Shown here: positions 13,051 to 25,999 of the stretch, in pieces
How positions within the stretch are numbered: position 1 is the first letter of the stretch
Layout of the letters: every line of letters starts with the position of its first letter
Origin: Octopus sinensis
Lineage: Eukaryota
Direction: 5' to 3'
NCBI RefSeq assembly: GCF_006345805.1
Contig: NW_021833290.1
Span: forward strand, 12,763-76,762
Length of the DNA stretch: 64,000 nucleotides
Position numbers and translations under genes: made by a program
The notes under the pieces: generated by a model
What the model saw: the letters and a program-made list of their open reading frames with translations, nothing else
Databases searched by the model: none
What the model was told of the DNA's origin: nothing

Positions 13051-13576
13051 ATATATATATATATATAATATACATTCGTTTAAAAGCTGCCCTGTTAATC
13101 TTGGGGTCCAACAATGACACCATGCATTGAGTACATATTAAGTTTCATGAAACATGAATATTTCTCAAGCAATGAACAATTTTCATCAAAGCAATGATAT
13201 AATTTGTCGACTCGGAACTTATTGCAAAGCTTCATGATAAACAACAGTACCACCACCATCGCCACCATATCTGCCATACACACGCCATCCAGACTTCTGA
13301 CGCCATCACCATCAATACTTTTCATCACTTCCCCCTCCACAACCATCACCACTGTCTTTCACATCGCTTTCTATCACTATATTCAAATATAGCTCAGGAT
13401 TGGATTATCATAGCTAAAATAACCGCATTCAATATGGTTGAGAACAGAATTAGTTAAGAAGGCTCGAACTACAAGCGGGTGACTAAAAGTTGTCTTAAGA
13501 ATATATTCGTCCACTAAGAAATCCACATGAAGGCCTTCACTCCCTGCATAAATCTTTAAATACACTTTATATATAT

Positions 13577-13637
<61 letters not shown>

Positions 13638-14409
13638 ATTACCTGGTTGGTTTTAAATTGCGTGTTAGCCACCTTCAATATTTTATAATCTTCACATTGC
13701 CATTTTGTGAAATCAGTCCCTAATTCCTATGGCATTCTCAATGATACTGAGAGGCGTGAGTTAGCCTCCACCAGCCGTAATGGAGTGAGCATTGCTGATG
13801 AGTATTAACTTCCTATAAGAGATTACCATGCTAATCTAATCCATCTGGCTTACCGTGGGGAATGTTCTCCCCACTGTCAATGCAAACAGACCATATGTCT
13901 TTTTGTGGCTAAGGAGTCTATGACTAATATTTTCTAATAATGCTGGTGCTCACTGCACTCTTTTCACACTTAGTGACTGTGAATTATTCCTTGTTGGTTT
14001 CAAATTGCCGGTAGCCACCACAATTTATATATATACACACCCATATATATGTGTGTATATATATGTGTGTATATATATTGTGTGATGTTATGTATGTATA
14101 TATATATACATATATATATATACAGCAATTTAATAAATAAAACATATGCATACATACATACATATATGTACATACCTACATCTATACGTATATATACATA
14201 TATATATGAGTACAGGACACTACAAAAAAGCGTAGAACACAACGAAAAACATGAAATCAAACAAGGAAACGGACTCTTTTCAACAACGAAAAAACAGAGT
14301 ACAAGACAAACAATACAAGGAACATTCCCCTTCTTCAGCTGCTCCTGTTTCGACTCAATGCGTATATGTATATATATGTATATATATATATATAAATATA
14401 TATATATAT

Positions 14410-14470
<61 letters not shown>

Positions 14471-14494
14471 GTATGTATGTATATGTATATATGC

Positions 14495-14569
<75 letters not shown>

Positions 14570-14716
14570 CAGTCTCTGTATCTTTATATGGGTTTGTTTG
14601 TCCTTTGTATAATAAAACATTGATAAAACTTAAACATTTCATTGAATGTATGAATTAGTATATTGTGGGTCACAAGTACAACACTGTTGATTATTGTGAC
14701 GTATAATACATGCGAT

Positions 14717-15689
14717 GATGCCGCTCTGGTAACACACACAGAAGAAGCCCTCCAAAGGCTCATTAACTGTTTTGAGCAAGCATGTAACGACTTTGGCTTA
14801 GCTATCAGCCTTAAGAAGACCAACATCATGGGTCAGGCTACATCGGACAAGAGGTGGAGAAGTTTACCTATCTGGGCTCTACCGTCACCTACAACCTATC
14901 CCTTGACGCTGAGCTCAATATACGCATTGGCATTGCAAGGCAGCTGCGCGATGGCCCAACTCTCCAACGGACTTGGGACAACAATAAGCTGACCAAGACC
15001 ACAAAATAAGATCTACCAGGCATGTGTACTCAGCACTCTACTGTATGGAAGCGAGACCTGCGCTATACACACGCCAAGAGCGTCGCCTAAACATCTTTCA
15101 CCTGCGCTGCCTCCGAAAAATCCTCCACATCAAATGGCAGAATCATATCCCCAACAAAGATGTCCTCAGGCAAGCAGGAATACACAAGCATGTTTGCACT
15201 CCTCACACAAAACGTATGAGATGGCTTGGGCTGTTAGCCGTATGAAAGATGGCAGAATCCCCAAGGACATACTCTAACGGAGAGCTTGCTAGCGGTACCA
15301 GGTCTGTGGGTAGCCGATCTTACGTTACAAGGATGTTTGCAAAAGGGACATGAAGGCCTGCAACATCAACATTAGCGGTTGGGATGCAGTCGCCGGCAAC
15401 CGTGGAGAATGGCGTCGTACAGTAAAGAGTATACAGAGGAGTGACAGAAGAGAGAGGAGAAATGGAAAGAAAGGAAGAGACATGAACAAGAGACCATGGC
15501 ACTACAACCAGCCAGGAACAGTCTTCGCTACATTTGCAGTACCTGCCAGAGGGAGTGTTTGTCCAGATAGGACTACACAGCCACAGCAAGAAATGTAACA
15601 GGAAATAAAATATAACAGCCGGACTAGACCTAGAAAAAAAAAAAAAATGCGCAACTCCATTGTCTCCCGAGACAGAAAGGATGCCAAAC
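14717..15689 (+). mobile_element. 5'-truncated RTE LINE with 12-bp TSD
   Basis: Starts at DDAALVTHTEEALQRL and includes FHLRCLRKILHIKWQ and RMRWLG. AATACATGCGAT flanks it at 14705-14716 and 15690-15701; the empty site is at ~3180-3191. Confidence 0.95.
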
Positions 15690-15765
15690 AATACATGCGA
15701 TAAAATCGAATGTTTGGAACAAAAGCAAATAAATTTGAATAAATGTGCTAGAAGCATTTGCTTAC

Positions 15766-15818
15766 CCACAGTCTTCAACTCTAAATGTTCCCGTCACGGT
15801 TGAAAGGTCATGCTCCAT
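15766..15818 (-). CDS. Exon, SEA-like region (MEHDLSTVTGTFRVEDCG), phase 0-2
   Basis: cttttgcag acceptor and gtaag donor; 53 nt. Confidence 0.82.
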
Positions 15819-15983
15819 CTGCAAAAGCCGGATGTATATATATATAAATATATTATATATAATATATATATATATATATTATATATATAATATATATATA
15901 TATATATAATATACATACATTAATGAAAGAAACTGAGTTTGATTTAAAAGTCGTTGAGATGTATTGAAAAATAGATAAAGAAT

Positions 15984-16290
15984 ATTTTATTCTGAAACGC
16001 AGGATAATGCTAATGATATAACGTGAACCGGATGAAATATCCATAATTTGCAGAAAAATCTGTCGGCGGCCAGCTATGTGACTACACCTCACACCCCTGT
16101 GATTACGCTTTAAGTGCTTTACCATTAAGCTAAACTGCGCGAACGACAAATACTTCTGCAAAGTTAGGCTATATACATCTAGCTTTATAAGACGCGTAAT
16201 CTGGCCGCCGACAGAGTTTTCGGCAACAGGTGAATACTTTATCCTGTTCATGCTATACTATTAGCATCATCCTGCGTTTGAGAATATAAT
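15984..16290. mobile_element. MITE-like foldback element with ~90-bp imperfect terminal inverted repeats
   Basis: tattctgaaacgcaggataatgctaat...tctgtcggcggccag pairs with ctggccgccgacaga...attagcatcatcctgcgtttgagaata; absent from the paralogous block near 3410. Confidence 0.8.
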
Positions 16291-16807
16291 TATATATAAA
16301 TATATTAGCTTGACACTCGGTAAAGTGGGGGAAATGAGAGGGTTTTTAATGTTCCGAGCATATCTCTTTTTCAGAAAGGAAAACGAAAATGTTGAGAAGA
16401 AAAATATTACCAAAAGGAAGTGTGTGTGTGTGTAAACATAAGATTAGTGATATTTTTGAGTAGGATTTTATTTACTGTCAGAATCGGAAATTATATCACG
16501 GAATATATTAAGACAAAATAGTGGATAGAACAGTCTTTTTATTGACCAGCAAAAATTCAGTAAGTTAAAAAAGAAAGTTTTATGTAATAGTTTACTATCA
16601 GTAAATGGAGTTGAATGTCTGAATTTCATGAAACCTCACTATTTATTTGACGTTTCACATTTCTTCTATAAAATATGCATGTGTGTGTGTGTATGTGTGC
16701 GTGAGAGTGTGTATTTGTATGCATGTTGCGCATGTTCAGTGCATATGTGTGCGCGCATGTGCGTCTGTGTACGGAGAAAGAGAGAGAGAGGGCAGATATC
16801 TACTCAC

Positions 16808-16889
16808 GGCTCTTGATATGTTCTCAGCGGGGATTTTATATTCGTTGAACTTTTTAAAATCAAACGAAATACGAGGGATTTGGTCCAGC
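16808..16889 (-). CDS. Exon, SEA-like region (G-WTKSLVFRLIL../FNEYKIPAENISRA); 82 nt, 1 nt shorter than its paralog, so frameshifted as assembled
   Basis: Same acceptor and donor as 3648-3730; 1-nt loss around the AAAAA run. Confidence 0.75.
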
Positions 16890-17302
16890 CTATGGATTGA
16901 TATAGAAAATAATCTCTGCTTTTATAAATGAGACACACGTCATAGATGCACATAAAACCCACATACGTAGATAAAAATATACATTTATAATCACATATAC
17001 ACTTAAAATACTATATATATATATATATTATTCTTATTCTACCTATTATATACGTTTTTTATTATTATTATTATTATTTGCAATTTACTTAAGCATTGAC
17101 ATTTAATTATTATTTATTTTTTATATTTCTATTATATGTAATTTTCTAGATGGTGTAATTTAATTGTTCATTTTGAATTGATAAAAAGTGTTTTTTTTTA
17201 TTTTATTTTTTATATACAATCTTATAATGTGTGAAATTTGATTTAGTATTTCTAATTTAATTTTTCCCTTGTAAGTTTGGATTTTATTCACTCAAATAAT
17301 AT

Positions 17303-17380
<78 letters not shown>

Positions 17381-17389
17381 TTATCATTC

Positions 17390-17660
17390 TTCCCTTCTTC
17401 CTGTCGCTCTCTTCGTGTATCGGCTATCAATGCCTGCACGTGGATGATTGGTTCCATACATCGTTAGGACCTTTCTTGACTTCCTGTCCAACTCCTTTAG
17501 CTTCTCCTCCGTCCACTTCAGTTTTCCAGCATCATTCCGAACTACTGCTACTGACTGCGTGCGAGTTTATCGCCGAAATTATGTTCCAGGCATTCAGCTT
17601 TCTAACCAATTTTTGCTCACTCGCCAAAAGTGCTCTCTTTTACTCTTTTCCTTCATGTCG
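17390..17660 (-). mobile_element. R4/Dong fragment, paralog of 7840-8040
   Basis: Shares ccatacatcgttaggacctttcttgacttcctgtcc and the downstream flank. Confidence 0.7.
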
Positions 17661-17878
17661 TGGTGTTTATTTCCATCTGTGAGTGTGTGTGTGTGTTAGA
17701 GAGAGAGAGGGGGGGAGAGGGAGAGAGGGAGAGAGAGCATTGCAAACAGTATATATATACACACACACGTATACACATCAAAATATTTTCCCGTATATTA
17801 ATTACTATAAATATTCTTATTAACTATCAATTTGTAATAAACTTGTTAGTGTTTATTTAGACAATAAATAACACTTAC

Positions 17879-18061
17879 CAATGAAATCATTCTGTTACAC
17901 AAGTGTCCGACGCAACAACCAGTACAAGACGTGCCATTCGTCCGTTTATTGCATGTAAGGGTATTGTTTCTCATAGCTTCAACACATTTTCTGTATGTGC
18001 TGCAGGACCTTTCAGTCTTCAGTTTAGCACCGTTCATTGATATTGCGAATCGGCATACAGG
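17879..18061 (-). CDS. Exon, C-terminal part of Ly6/uPAR (three-finger)-like domain (PVCRFAISMNGAKLKTERSCSTYRKCVEAMRNNTLTCNKRTNGTSCTGCCVGHLCN...)
   Basis: attattacag acceptor and gtaagt donor; CCxxxxCN terminal motif. It ends in phase 0 while the next exon type needs phase 1, suggesting a 1-nt loss after CN. Confidence 0.85.
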
Positions 18062-20022
18062 CTGTAATAATAGATATGAAAATTATACACTACAACAACA
18101 ATATTTATTAGGACGATTACTGCTAATTACAGCAACAACAACAGAAACAACACCACTGGGGATGTTTACCATGCAAGTAAGTTTAATCATTGCTTTAAAA
18201 TACCCAAAAGCAATAAATGAAACCGTAAAAGAGTTGCCGAATTGTTGAAAGTTAACAGCATAAGTAAAATTCCGTAAAAGTTATTGCTATTTAGTATTCA
18301 AAAATCATGTTTTAAATGCTTACAGTGTCCAAACCTCTCGGATCACAAGGAGATATGGCCATCGGATCACGGTCTGTATCAAAACCGCATCGCACTGTCA
18401 CCCATTGCCCAACTTAAAATAGGTTAAATTATCCTAATAAAGATGTATCAATTCTCTAAAATTTCTTCTTACTGGAGGAATGCTCAAGAGGAATTTTTCA
18501 TATAAAATTTACGGAAAATCATGCGTACAAAACTCACCAACAAGAGAAACTAATATGCCTTTACCCAAAGATGAAAATGAAATATAATTGTCAGATTGAA
18601 CTCCTCAGTCCAAGCAAATAAAACAGAAAATACATAAAACGAACACAAGAGAAACTTCGTTTTATTTTGCAAGTATATTTTATATGAAAATACGGTATAT
18701 TAGTATAAAATTTGGAGAGAAAACAACCAAGGTCTTGTTAACTTAATAAGGGACATTCTGAAAACGAAAAATATCAGAAATGGAGAAGAATATTTAAGAA
18801 AAGAATCCATCACGAAAACGCAATTAATAATCGCAAACACCTAACAATAATAAAAGCAATGAAAATGTAGACATTGAAGTTAGAAATAAGATTTGCATTG
18901 CCTTAGTTTGAAATTGAAACTTGTTTCTTCCAATGTTGGAAAAGTTTTAGAAAGAAAATTGGATCTCCCAAACTGAGTGAGGATGTCATGAAAAAATAAC
19001 CAATGATAGTGTCCGAAGGCTGGCGTCTTCAAAAGAGCCAATGGAGTCGGTGATTGCAAATGAATGAATCATTACATAAGCTAACTCAGCTTCAAGAAAA
19101 CAGAAAGGTCTGAGATCAGAACAGACAATGAAACAGGCAACAGATTGCAGCCATGCTCTTATGTCACGCTCTATTCTCCTATATTCTCGTAATGTGAAGC
19201 ATTGATCTGTGACATTACCGGTGTCTTTTATTGTTTCTCTTGTGTTTCTTTCACCAATGTACAACTGTGTATTCAGAGATATGCCTGACAATTTTAATTT
19301 GTGTTTTAGCTGCGTTTTAAAGTTATAGGTTTTACCTTTCTGTGAAACAATATGACCCCCACCTATTATGTTCTGGAGAGCTTATTGTACTACTTGATGT
19401 GAGGGAAGATTTAATCTGTTTCGAATATTTCATAACCTCGTATATCAAACAACCTCTTTTGCTATGGCCAGCAGATGAAGGAAAAGTCTCATTTGCTTCT
19501 TAACTTATTCAATCCGCTCCCTGTAATGTTTGCGAACTGGTAGGGCCAGGTTCGACTTCCAGTTACCCCTCTAAGGTTGGTGACCCGAGGTCATTCGACA
19601 AGGAACCTTGATTCCAAGTTGACTTATAGCCACATACATTCATGCATCCTACTCTAAGGACAGCCATGTTTGTCGGAGAAAGGTCACTCTAAGTTCGTGT
19701 GTTCGTTTCTTGAATAGGTATTCCTGGACAGGGTAGAACGTTGCGTCCTTGAACAAGGCACTTCATTTCACTTTGTCCCAGTCTAATCAAGTGAAATGTG
19801 TCCCAACCTAGTGATGTTCATCTATTTCTTCTCTTCAATCGTCACATCCTTCTCGTCCCATTGAGTCATGAATAAGAAGATCGACAGGGTGTGTGTATGT
19901 CTACGCAGGCGCATAAAAAAAACTAGCGAAAGCATAGTACAATCTATGTGGCCTTAATGGCTTTCGAGTGACGGTTGTGGATATATTTTAACGAAAAGGA
20001 AGAAAGTAATATTCCAGTTTAC

Positions 20023-20112
20023 CTCTGTTCCTGGACAGCTTGTCACTTCATTCATTGCATTTAATTCCTGAACATGTTTGACACTGTAAATTCCGTTGAA
20101 ATAACGAGTAAT
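20023..20112 (-). CDS. Exon, N-terminal part of Ly6/uPAR-like domain (YSLFQRNLQCQTCSGIKCNE / EVTSCPGTE); frameshift gives TGA at 20048-20050
   Basis: attctgtag acceptor and gtaaac donor; LxCxxC start. The phase-1 start matches the LRRCT exon and the phase-0 end matches the next exon only if an indel is assumed. Confidence 0.78.
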
Positions 20113-20681
20113 CTACAGAATACAAGTAAATATCTGTATTTATGAACCAAATAATGCAATGCATAGCAATAACAAGAAATATTTTCTTTCAGATGTAAAA
20201 ACAAATGTATGCGTGTTAGTATTGAATCAATACATGTTAGACATATAAAGCAAATTATTAACAAAGACTATAAACCTATTTTCATGTTCATTCGGAAACG
20301 TTTCAATAATGTCACAAATTCAACTGAGAGAAGCATGAAAGCCACTTGTTGTCCTTTTAGTATTCTGATGTAACAAACACGTGAAAATCGTTGAACAAGT
20401 CAAATAAAGGGATTAAATTTGTAAGTTGCAACCATTGATGCAGTGGGAACTCCCTAATGAAACCTGAGAATCTCATTTAAGTTATGCTGCAATGTCATAT
20501 AGTATGTGAAGAAGGCCATAATATGTGAAGTGAGCAAAACAATATTTGGATAAACAATAAAAATTATGATCACTAATATTGTGCTTTTTCCAATATACAC
20601 ACATTTATGTATGTATGTATGTATGTATGTATGTATGTATGTATGTATGTATGTATGTATGTATGTATGTATGTATGTATG

Positions 20682-20710
<29 letters not shown>

Positions 20711-20713
<3 letters not shown>

Positions 20714-20850
20714 GGTTTTAGTTGCCAATCCTGTAAAATACATTGTAGATATTTAGCTGGGCTAAAAAGTCACATTCGATCACAGCACCAGTAACAGTTA
20801 AGCTTCGTCCAATGGCCATACTCGGTAACAAGGGGGCAGCCATAATAATA
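20711..20850 (+). mobile_element. Extreme 3' end of an RTE-like LINE (C-terminal C2H2 motif plus tail) after a (TATG)n microsatellite (20608-20710)
   Basis: FSCQSCKIHCRYLAGLKSHIRSQH, stop, short UTR, (TAA)n tail. Confidence 0.55.
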
Positions 20851-20929
20851 CATGTATGTATTATGTATGTATGTATGTCATTATTCACTGTTATTTCAAG
20901 ATTTCTTGGCAATAGAGAAGGAGAGAGTT

Positions 20930-22020
20930 TCTATCCTACACCTACGGCTCCTTCATTGGAATTTCAACAACATCAATATTGCCATCATCTCGGAACTTTC
21001 TACCAACATATCCATGCATAGTCTCCTGTTTATAGATACTCATCTGTTCATCTAATGATACGTTGCGGTAGAGTCGTGCGACATCTTTGAGCATGTATTC
21101 TGTTATCAGATAAGGAATGTTGCTCAAGGAGCTGCCTTCCAAGTCATATGAATTATGCAAACTTGGTCAAAGGATGCACTTTGACATTTGTGGTTATAAG
21201 ATGTTACCGAAAGGATATGATACGACATTCAAAGACATTTTGCATCGATGTTAAGCCCCTGCCGCCTTGTTTTCGTTTTAAGGAGAGGGGGTCTACTTTA
21301 CCGTTTATGTGGAAATTATGTGTACTTGTCAGTATTTTCCGGGTTTTCACATAAACAGCTCGGATCTCATCAAGTGACCAATAAAACAGCCCAAATGTCA
21401 GTATGAGTACTTGCACAGCAAACACGTTTGTGGGCAATGTTTTATTGAATGCATAGATTTCTGAGGTCGAAATTTTATTTATTCAGCTGTAATGTTCTTT
21501 GTTTATACTTTAATGACACCTGTAAGTTAATGGTACCTGTAAAAAAGCACTTGTTTTGTTACAGGTGCTGTTATGAGATATATTTTCAACCACCCCTAGA
21601 TATCTGTAACATTCCTCTTCAGATATAGGGGAAACTGTCAGGTCATTGATGGCGATGTTGCTAGTCTGGTTTACATTTTTCGCCCTTTTCACAACCATAT
21701 AACATTTATCCTGAACAAACGCCAACCCACATTTTTTGAGAATGTTGTAACTTGGTCAAGGCTCTTTTTCATCTCATCCATATTCTTTGCATAAAGTTTT
21801 TAAGTCATTCACAAAGAAACAGCGTTCAATTTTGTAATTTCTGTTTCCTTTTGAACCAATGAGATATCCTTAACATGAATGACATGAGGTTTACAGAAAG
21901 TATAAACAACATCATAACGAGGTTGTCCCCTTGGAATATGCCTTTGCGATATTGTATTCTGTCAGTGATAATAGTCACTCTTTGTGTTTAATTTCATGAT
22001 GGTGGCTCACAATGGAATCA
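20930..22020 (-). mobile_element. Degenerate R4/Dong-type RT fragment
   Basis: RKGIFQGDNL, CFFVNDL, YRYLGV, KRKQGGRGLTS and MHG motifs in broken frames. Confidence 0.8.
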
Positions 22021-23494
22021 GGTCAGCTATGGCTTTGATTATGCCTCACTGGAAATTTACCAAGCTGAAGGACTTCTAGCATCCATGAGTGTGTATGTAT
22101 GTACGTATGTACGTATGTATGTATGTATGTATGTATGTATGTATGTATGTATGTATGTATGTATGTATGTATGTACGTATGTATGTGTATGTACGTATGT
22201 ATGTATGTATATCTGTATGTATGTATGTATGTATATGTATGTATGTATGTATGTATGTCCGTATGTGAAAATGTATGTATGTATGTGTGTGCGTATGTAC
22301 ATACATATACATACTGACTCATATATTTTCTCGAGTGATGTGCTTCATCGGACTCCATTTTAAGTCTGTCATTTGGAACCTTCGCTGTTTATGCCGGATT
22401 CTTCTCTGTTGTAAACAATCAAGGCTGGTCTTTGGTTTCAGGATATCTTCCTACTTTCCCCCAACCAATCACAGCAGCCTTCTGAATGATCATGAGCATT
22501 GACTGTCTTCCTGGCTAAGCGCTAAATATATACTTTACCTCTCTACTTTACTCTCTCTACTTTTTCTTCTCTCTCTCTCTCCTCCGCAGCATCACTCTTA
22601 CCAACCCACATCCTCACATTATTTGTCCCTCCGCCCACATTTACACTTTATACACACTTCACACGCTAGACCACAGTTTCTACCTACACATCTCACTTCG
22701 GTAGCACAGTTACTCTCTGCACACTTTATTACACACAAAGACAAACACACACACACACACACATACACACACTTGTCCCATTGGATATTCTACATTTGAC
22801 ACACACATACAAATGCATACACACTCGTACATAGACTCATACATATTCCCTCACGCCACTCACTCTTCAAACACATACACACCTCACACACACATACCCA
22901 TACTCACAAGTGCTGCCCTCACACATTCACTTTTGCACCCAACGTTTTGCTTTGTATCTCTAAACCACTCACTTCTCTCTCTCTCCCTCCTCCTCCTCCT
23001 CCTTTTTCCTCCCACTACTGCTTGGCTCCTACTAACAGTTTACCTCCCCTATACGCACACATACCGCACCCTTCTTCTCTCCCTTTCCATTCGTGTTCAC
23101 TCTTCTTCGAATAAAACCACTTTTGCTCTTCTCTCCTTCTTTCGTCAGCCATTTTCTGTCTCTCACTTAACCCATGTGTACCAACCCTTTGCTTGTACAG
23201 TTTACATTATTTGACCTTCATGAAGTGTGCCATCTTTTTCAGACAATTTACATTACTGAATGTTTTGCCTGCATTTTGCCCTTTCTTGTCTTGGTATTTG
23301 ATCTTCTGAAGCAACTTTTCTCTCTTATTCGATTTTTATCCTATAGATTCTACTGCAACTGTCCATGTCACGTCTTGCTGACTTTACAGTGTTCCCAGAG
23401 CATTGAACAGCAGTGATGGTGTCTGAATTGTGGTAACCGTCATGAATTATCATGAATACAGGTTTCTCTCTTCCAATATTTAGATGGCTTTCAA

Positions 23495-23700
23495 GGCGGC
23501 AAGCTGGCAGAAACGTTAACACACCGGGCGCAAAGCTTAGCAGTATTTCGTCTGTTTTTTCACGTTCTGTGTTCAAATTCCACAGAGGTCGACTTTGCTT
23601 TTATCCTTTCGGGGTAGCAGTTGCGTACTGGGGTCGATCCAATCGACTGGCCCTCTCCCCACAAATTTCATGCCTTGTGCCTAGCGGAGCAAAGAATATT
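23495..23700 (+). mobile_element. Family-2 tRNA SINE
   Basis: ggcggcaagctggcagaaacgttaac head, gttcaaattcc B box, gtcgactttgc. Confidence 0.8.
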
Positions 23701-24792
23701 TAGATGGCTTCCAGTCCGCCATATCAGCTTTTTTCTCAGCTACAACTTTATGCTCTCTAACGCCTTTGCTTACCAATACACTACGTTTTCCTTAATATAA
23801 TGGGACATAAAATCGTTATATTTAATACCGACACTCTGTATATCCATCCATCTACCATCTTCAACGCTCATTATTCCTGGGAGGGTCATGAGGACATCTG
23901 GTGCCTCAGGTACCTCCTGCATAGGGTACTATCAGAGGCAACTGCCAATACGCATACTGATTGGATTCTCAAGCATGACCAAATGAGGCTATGGATATTT
24001 TCTAGCTATCACTTTTTGGTGGTCTAACTCTACATTCCCTGCTGTTTTTCATCATTTTAAAGAATCGATCTTGCGATTTTGTCATGTGACATCCTAATCG
24101 CATGTCCGCATTACCGGAAATGTAGTGGCACAATACGGAAAAGTACCGACCTGATCTGGAGAGACTCCCTCATCTCCAAGGTACACACTGTGTCGAGTAA
24201 GCTACTCCAGTTTTTTCGGAGGAATCCCATTTCGTCGGCCGCTTCTCTGTTTGAGATCAGACTCTTTCAGTCGTTAGCCAATATTCATGACAACAGATGA
24301 GAATGGGCACGAAACCCAAACTGAAGATAGTGTGTTTGGCTTTGTTACCAAGTTGTCCTCTTCTGGGGATCGAATACTGGAACATTTTTTTGTATCTCGG
24401 GAGGGTCATTAAGCCAATAAAAAACACACGTACTGGTTCTATTTCACTCATTCATTATTCGTCACTTTGTTAACAATTTGTTAACGAATTAACTAAATGA
24501 ATGTTTGATTAACCGTTTGGTTAACCTATCAACCAGTTATGGTTGTTAGCGACATTTTGTTGTGTGTGTGTGTGTGTGTGTGCTGTTGATGGTTTGTGTG
24601 ATACAGTTGAATCTATAAGTTCGTTAGAGAGAAGATGTGAATGTAAAGCGTGCGAATGGTAAAACGTTTATTCCTCATATCTTTATCTATAGTTTCCCTT
24701 TCATAAGACATGATATTGCAAGCTTCAGAGAATAACCCGGATTTTCTTAGTATTAATAATAAAAGAAAAGAAGAAACGAGAATTTTACTTAC

Positions 24793-24950
24793 TTTGACAT
24801 TGCGAATAATCCAGTATAGGTATTCGTTTCCCTGAGCCTTCCTGACACGTGCCAGAGACAGCAACAGTTCTGTTATAGACTTTTTTAATATACTTAACGA
24901 AGGCTGGCAAGTGACATCCACACTTCATAAGGTTATTGTTTTCGAGGTAA
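24793..24950 (-). CDS. Exon, last LRR strand + LRRCT cap (YLENNNLMKCGCHLPAFVKYIKKVYNRTVAVSGTCQEGSGKRIPILDYSQCQ), phase 2-1
   Basis: attattacag acceptor and gtaagt donor; 158 nt open; CxC...C...C cap pattern. Confidence 0.9.
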
Positions 24951-25553
24951 CTGTAATAATAAAGAGAACTCTGAATGCGTTTCAGATCAACAGAGAAATT
25001 CCTATGTGATTTGACAAGAAACAAAGATTATAAAATTTGAGCAGGTTTATAAACGCTATGGCATTCATTTTTTTAAGTGTTGTTAATAACATCAATATTG
25101 CGAAATGGTTTCTAGTAGAAAGTGGAAGCACTAAGGTTCTTTTCTCTTTTAGCTTAGATATTGAATAATAAAGTACCTTAAATAAGATTACTAGCCACTT
25201 GAAACGATTCTATTTTATTGTAGTTTAGGGACATTTTAGTGTCGGGAATTTGGTGGTAGGGATCTTGCGCCGCTCTGTCTGAGAAAACTCGTTTAGATGG
25301 GCGGTTTTGGCGCTAAGAAGGTCGTGTTTATTCTATGTAGCAACTGGTTTTAAAACTAGAGACGTACCAGCGCAGAAACTGAGAGATTACAGTGTTGTAC
25401 ATTTTATAGCTTCAGCGGTACAGACATGTATAGTAATACTCCTAATTAAGAAGGGGAAAATTAATATTCAATTTTGATATATCAATTTGAATATTTTCAG
25501 TCAATAATAAATCTCTGATCGAGATGTAAACAGTAACCGCTCGACAACGTAAA

Positions 25554-25879
25554 GTATAATAGCCATCTCAATATGGCTAACCACTAAGGGTGGGTGTTAC
25601 TATAGCTTTTAACCCCAGGAGATCATCGTCAACGCAGGGTATTCACCGGATTCCGATCGTAAACCGGTGATTACCGTGCGTTGACAAGAGGCAAATACCT
25701 CGAAACTGCGGTCCGTGCGTATCACTTAGGCTTATGAGAGAGGGATGACCTCCCTTTGCAAATACCATAAGGGCACAGATAGTGTGCCTAAAGCCAGCTG
25801 GAGACGATGATCTCCTGGGGTTACAAGCTACAGTAACACCCACCGTTAGTGGTTAGCCATATTGAGATGGATATTATAC
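25554..25879. mobile_element. Foldback/MITE-like element with ~77-bp terminal inverted repeats
   Basis: 25554-25630 is a near-perfect reverse complement of 25803-25879. Confidence 0.85.
25667..25725 (+). ncRNA. Candidate type I hammerhead ribozyme with U3-A8 core variant
   Basis: GTGAT-tac-CGTGCG-TTGACAA-GAGG(caaata)CCTC-GAAAC(tgcg)GTC-CGTGCG-t-ATCAC. Confidence 0.6.
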
Positions 25880-25999
25880 AATATTTTCAGTGTTTTTAAA
25901 AAAGAGCAACAGCAAGAACAACAGCAACAACATCAACAAAAATACAACAAAAACAACAACAACAACAAAAACAACAAAACAATAATAATAATAATTACA

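Noticed and set aside
14320-14360. GAAA..CTGAAGA hammerhead-like words on the minus strand
   Set aside because: Stems and the cleavage triplet cannot be assembled; truncated repeat fragment.
14000-14658. YI/IY-rich ORFs and similar ones at 22023-22363
   Set aside because: (TA)n and (TATG)n microsatellite translations.
20711-20794. C2H2 zinc-finger gene
   Set aside because: Single motif followed by a LINE-type tail; better explained as an RTE C-terminus.
25020-25115. LRR-like phrase LKKMNAIAFINLLKF upstream of LRRCT
   Set aside because: No 72-nt AG/GT-bounded exon and no LxLxxN core.
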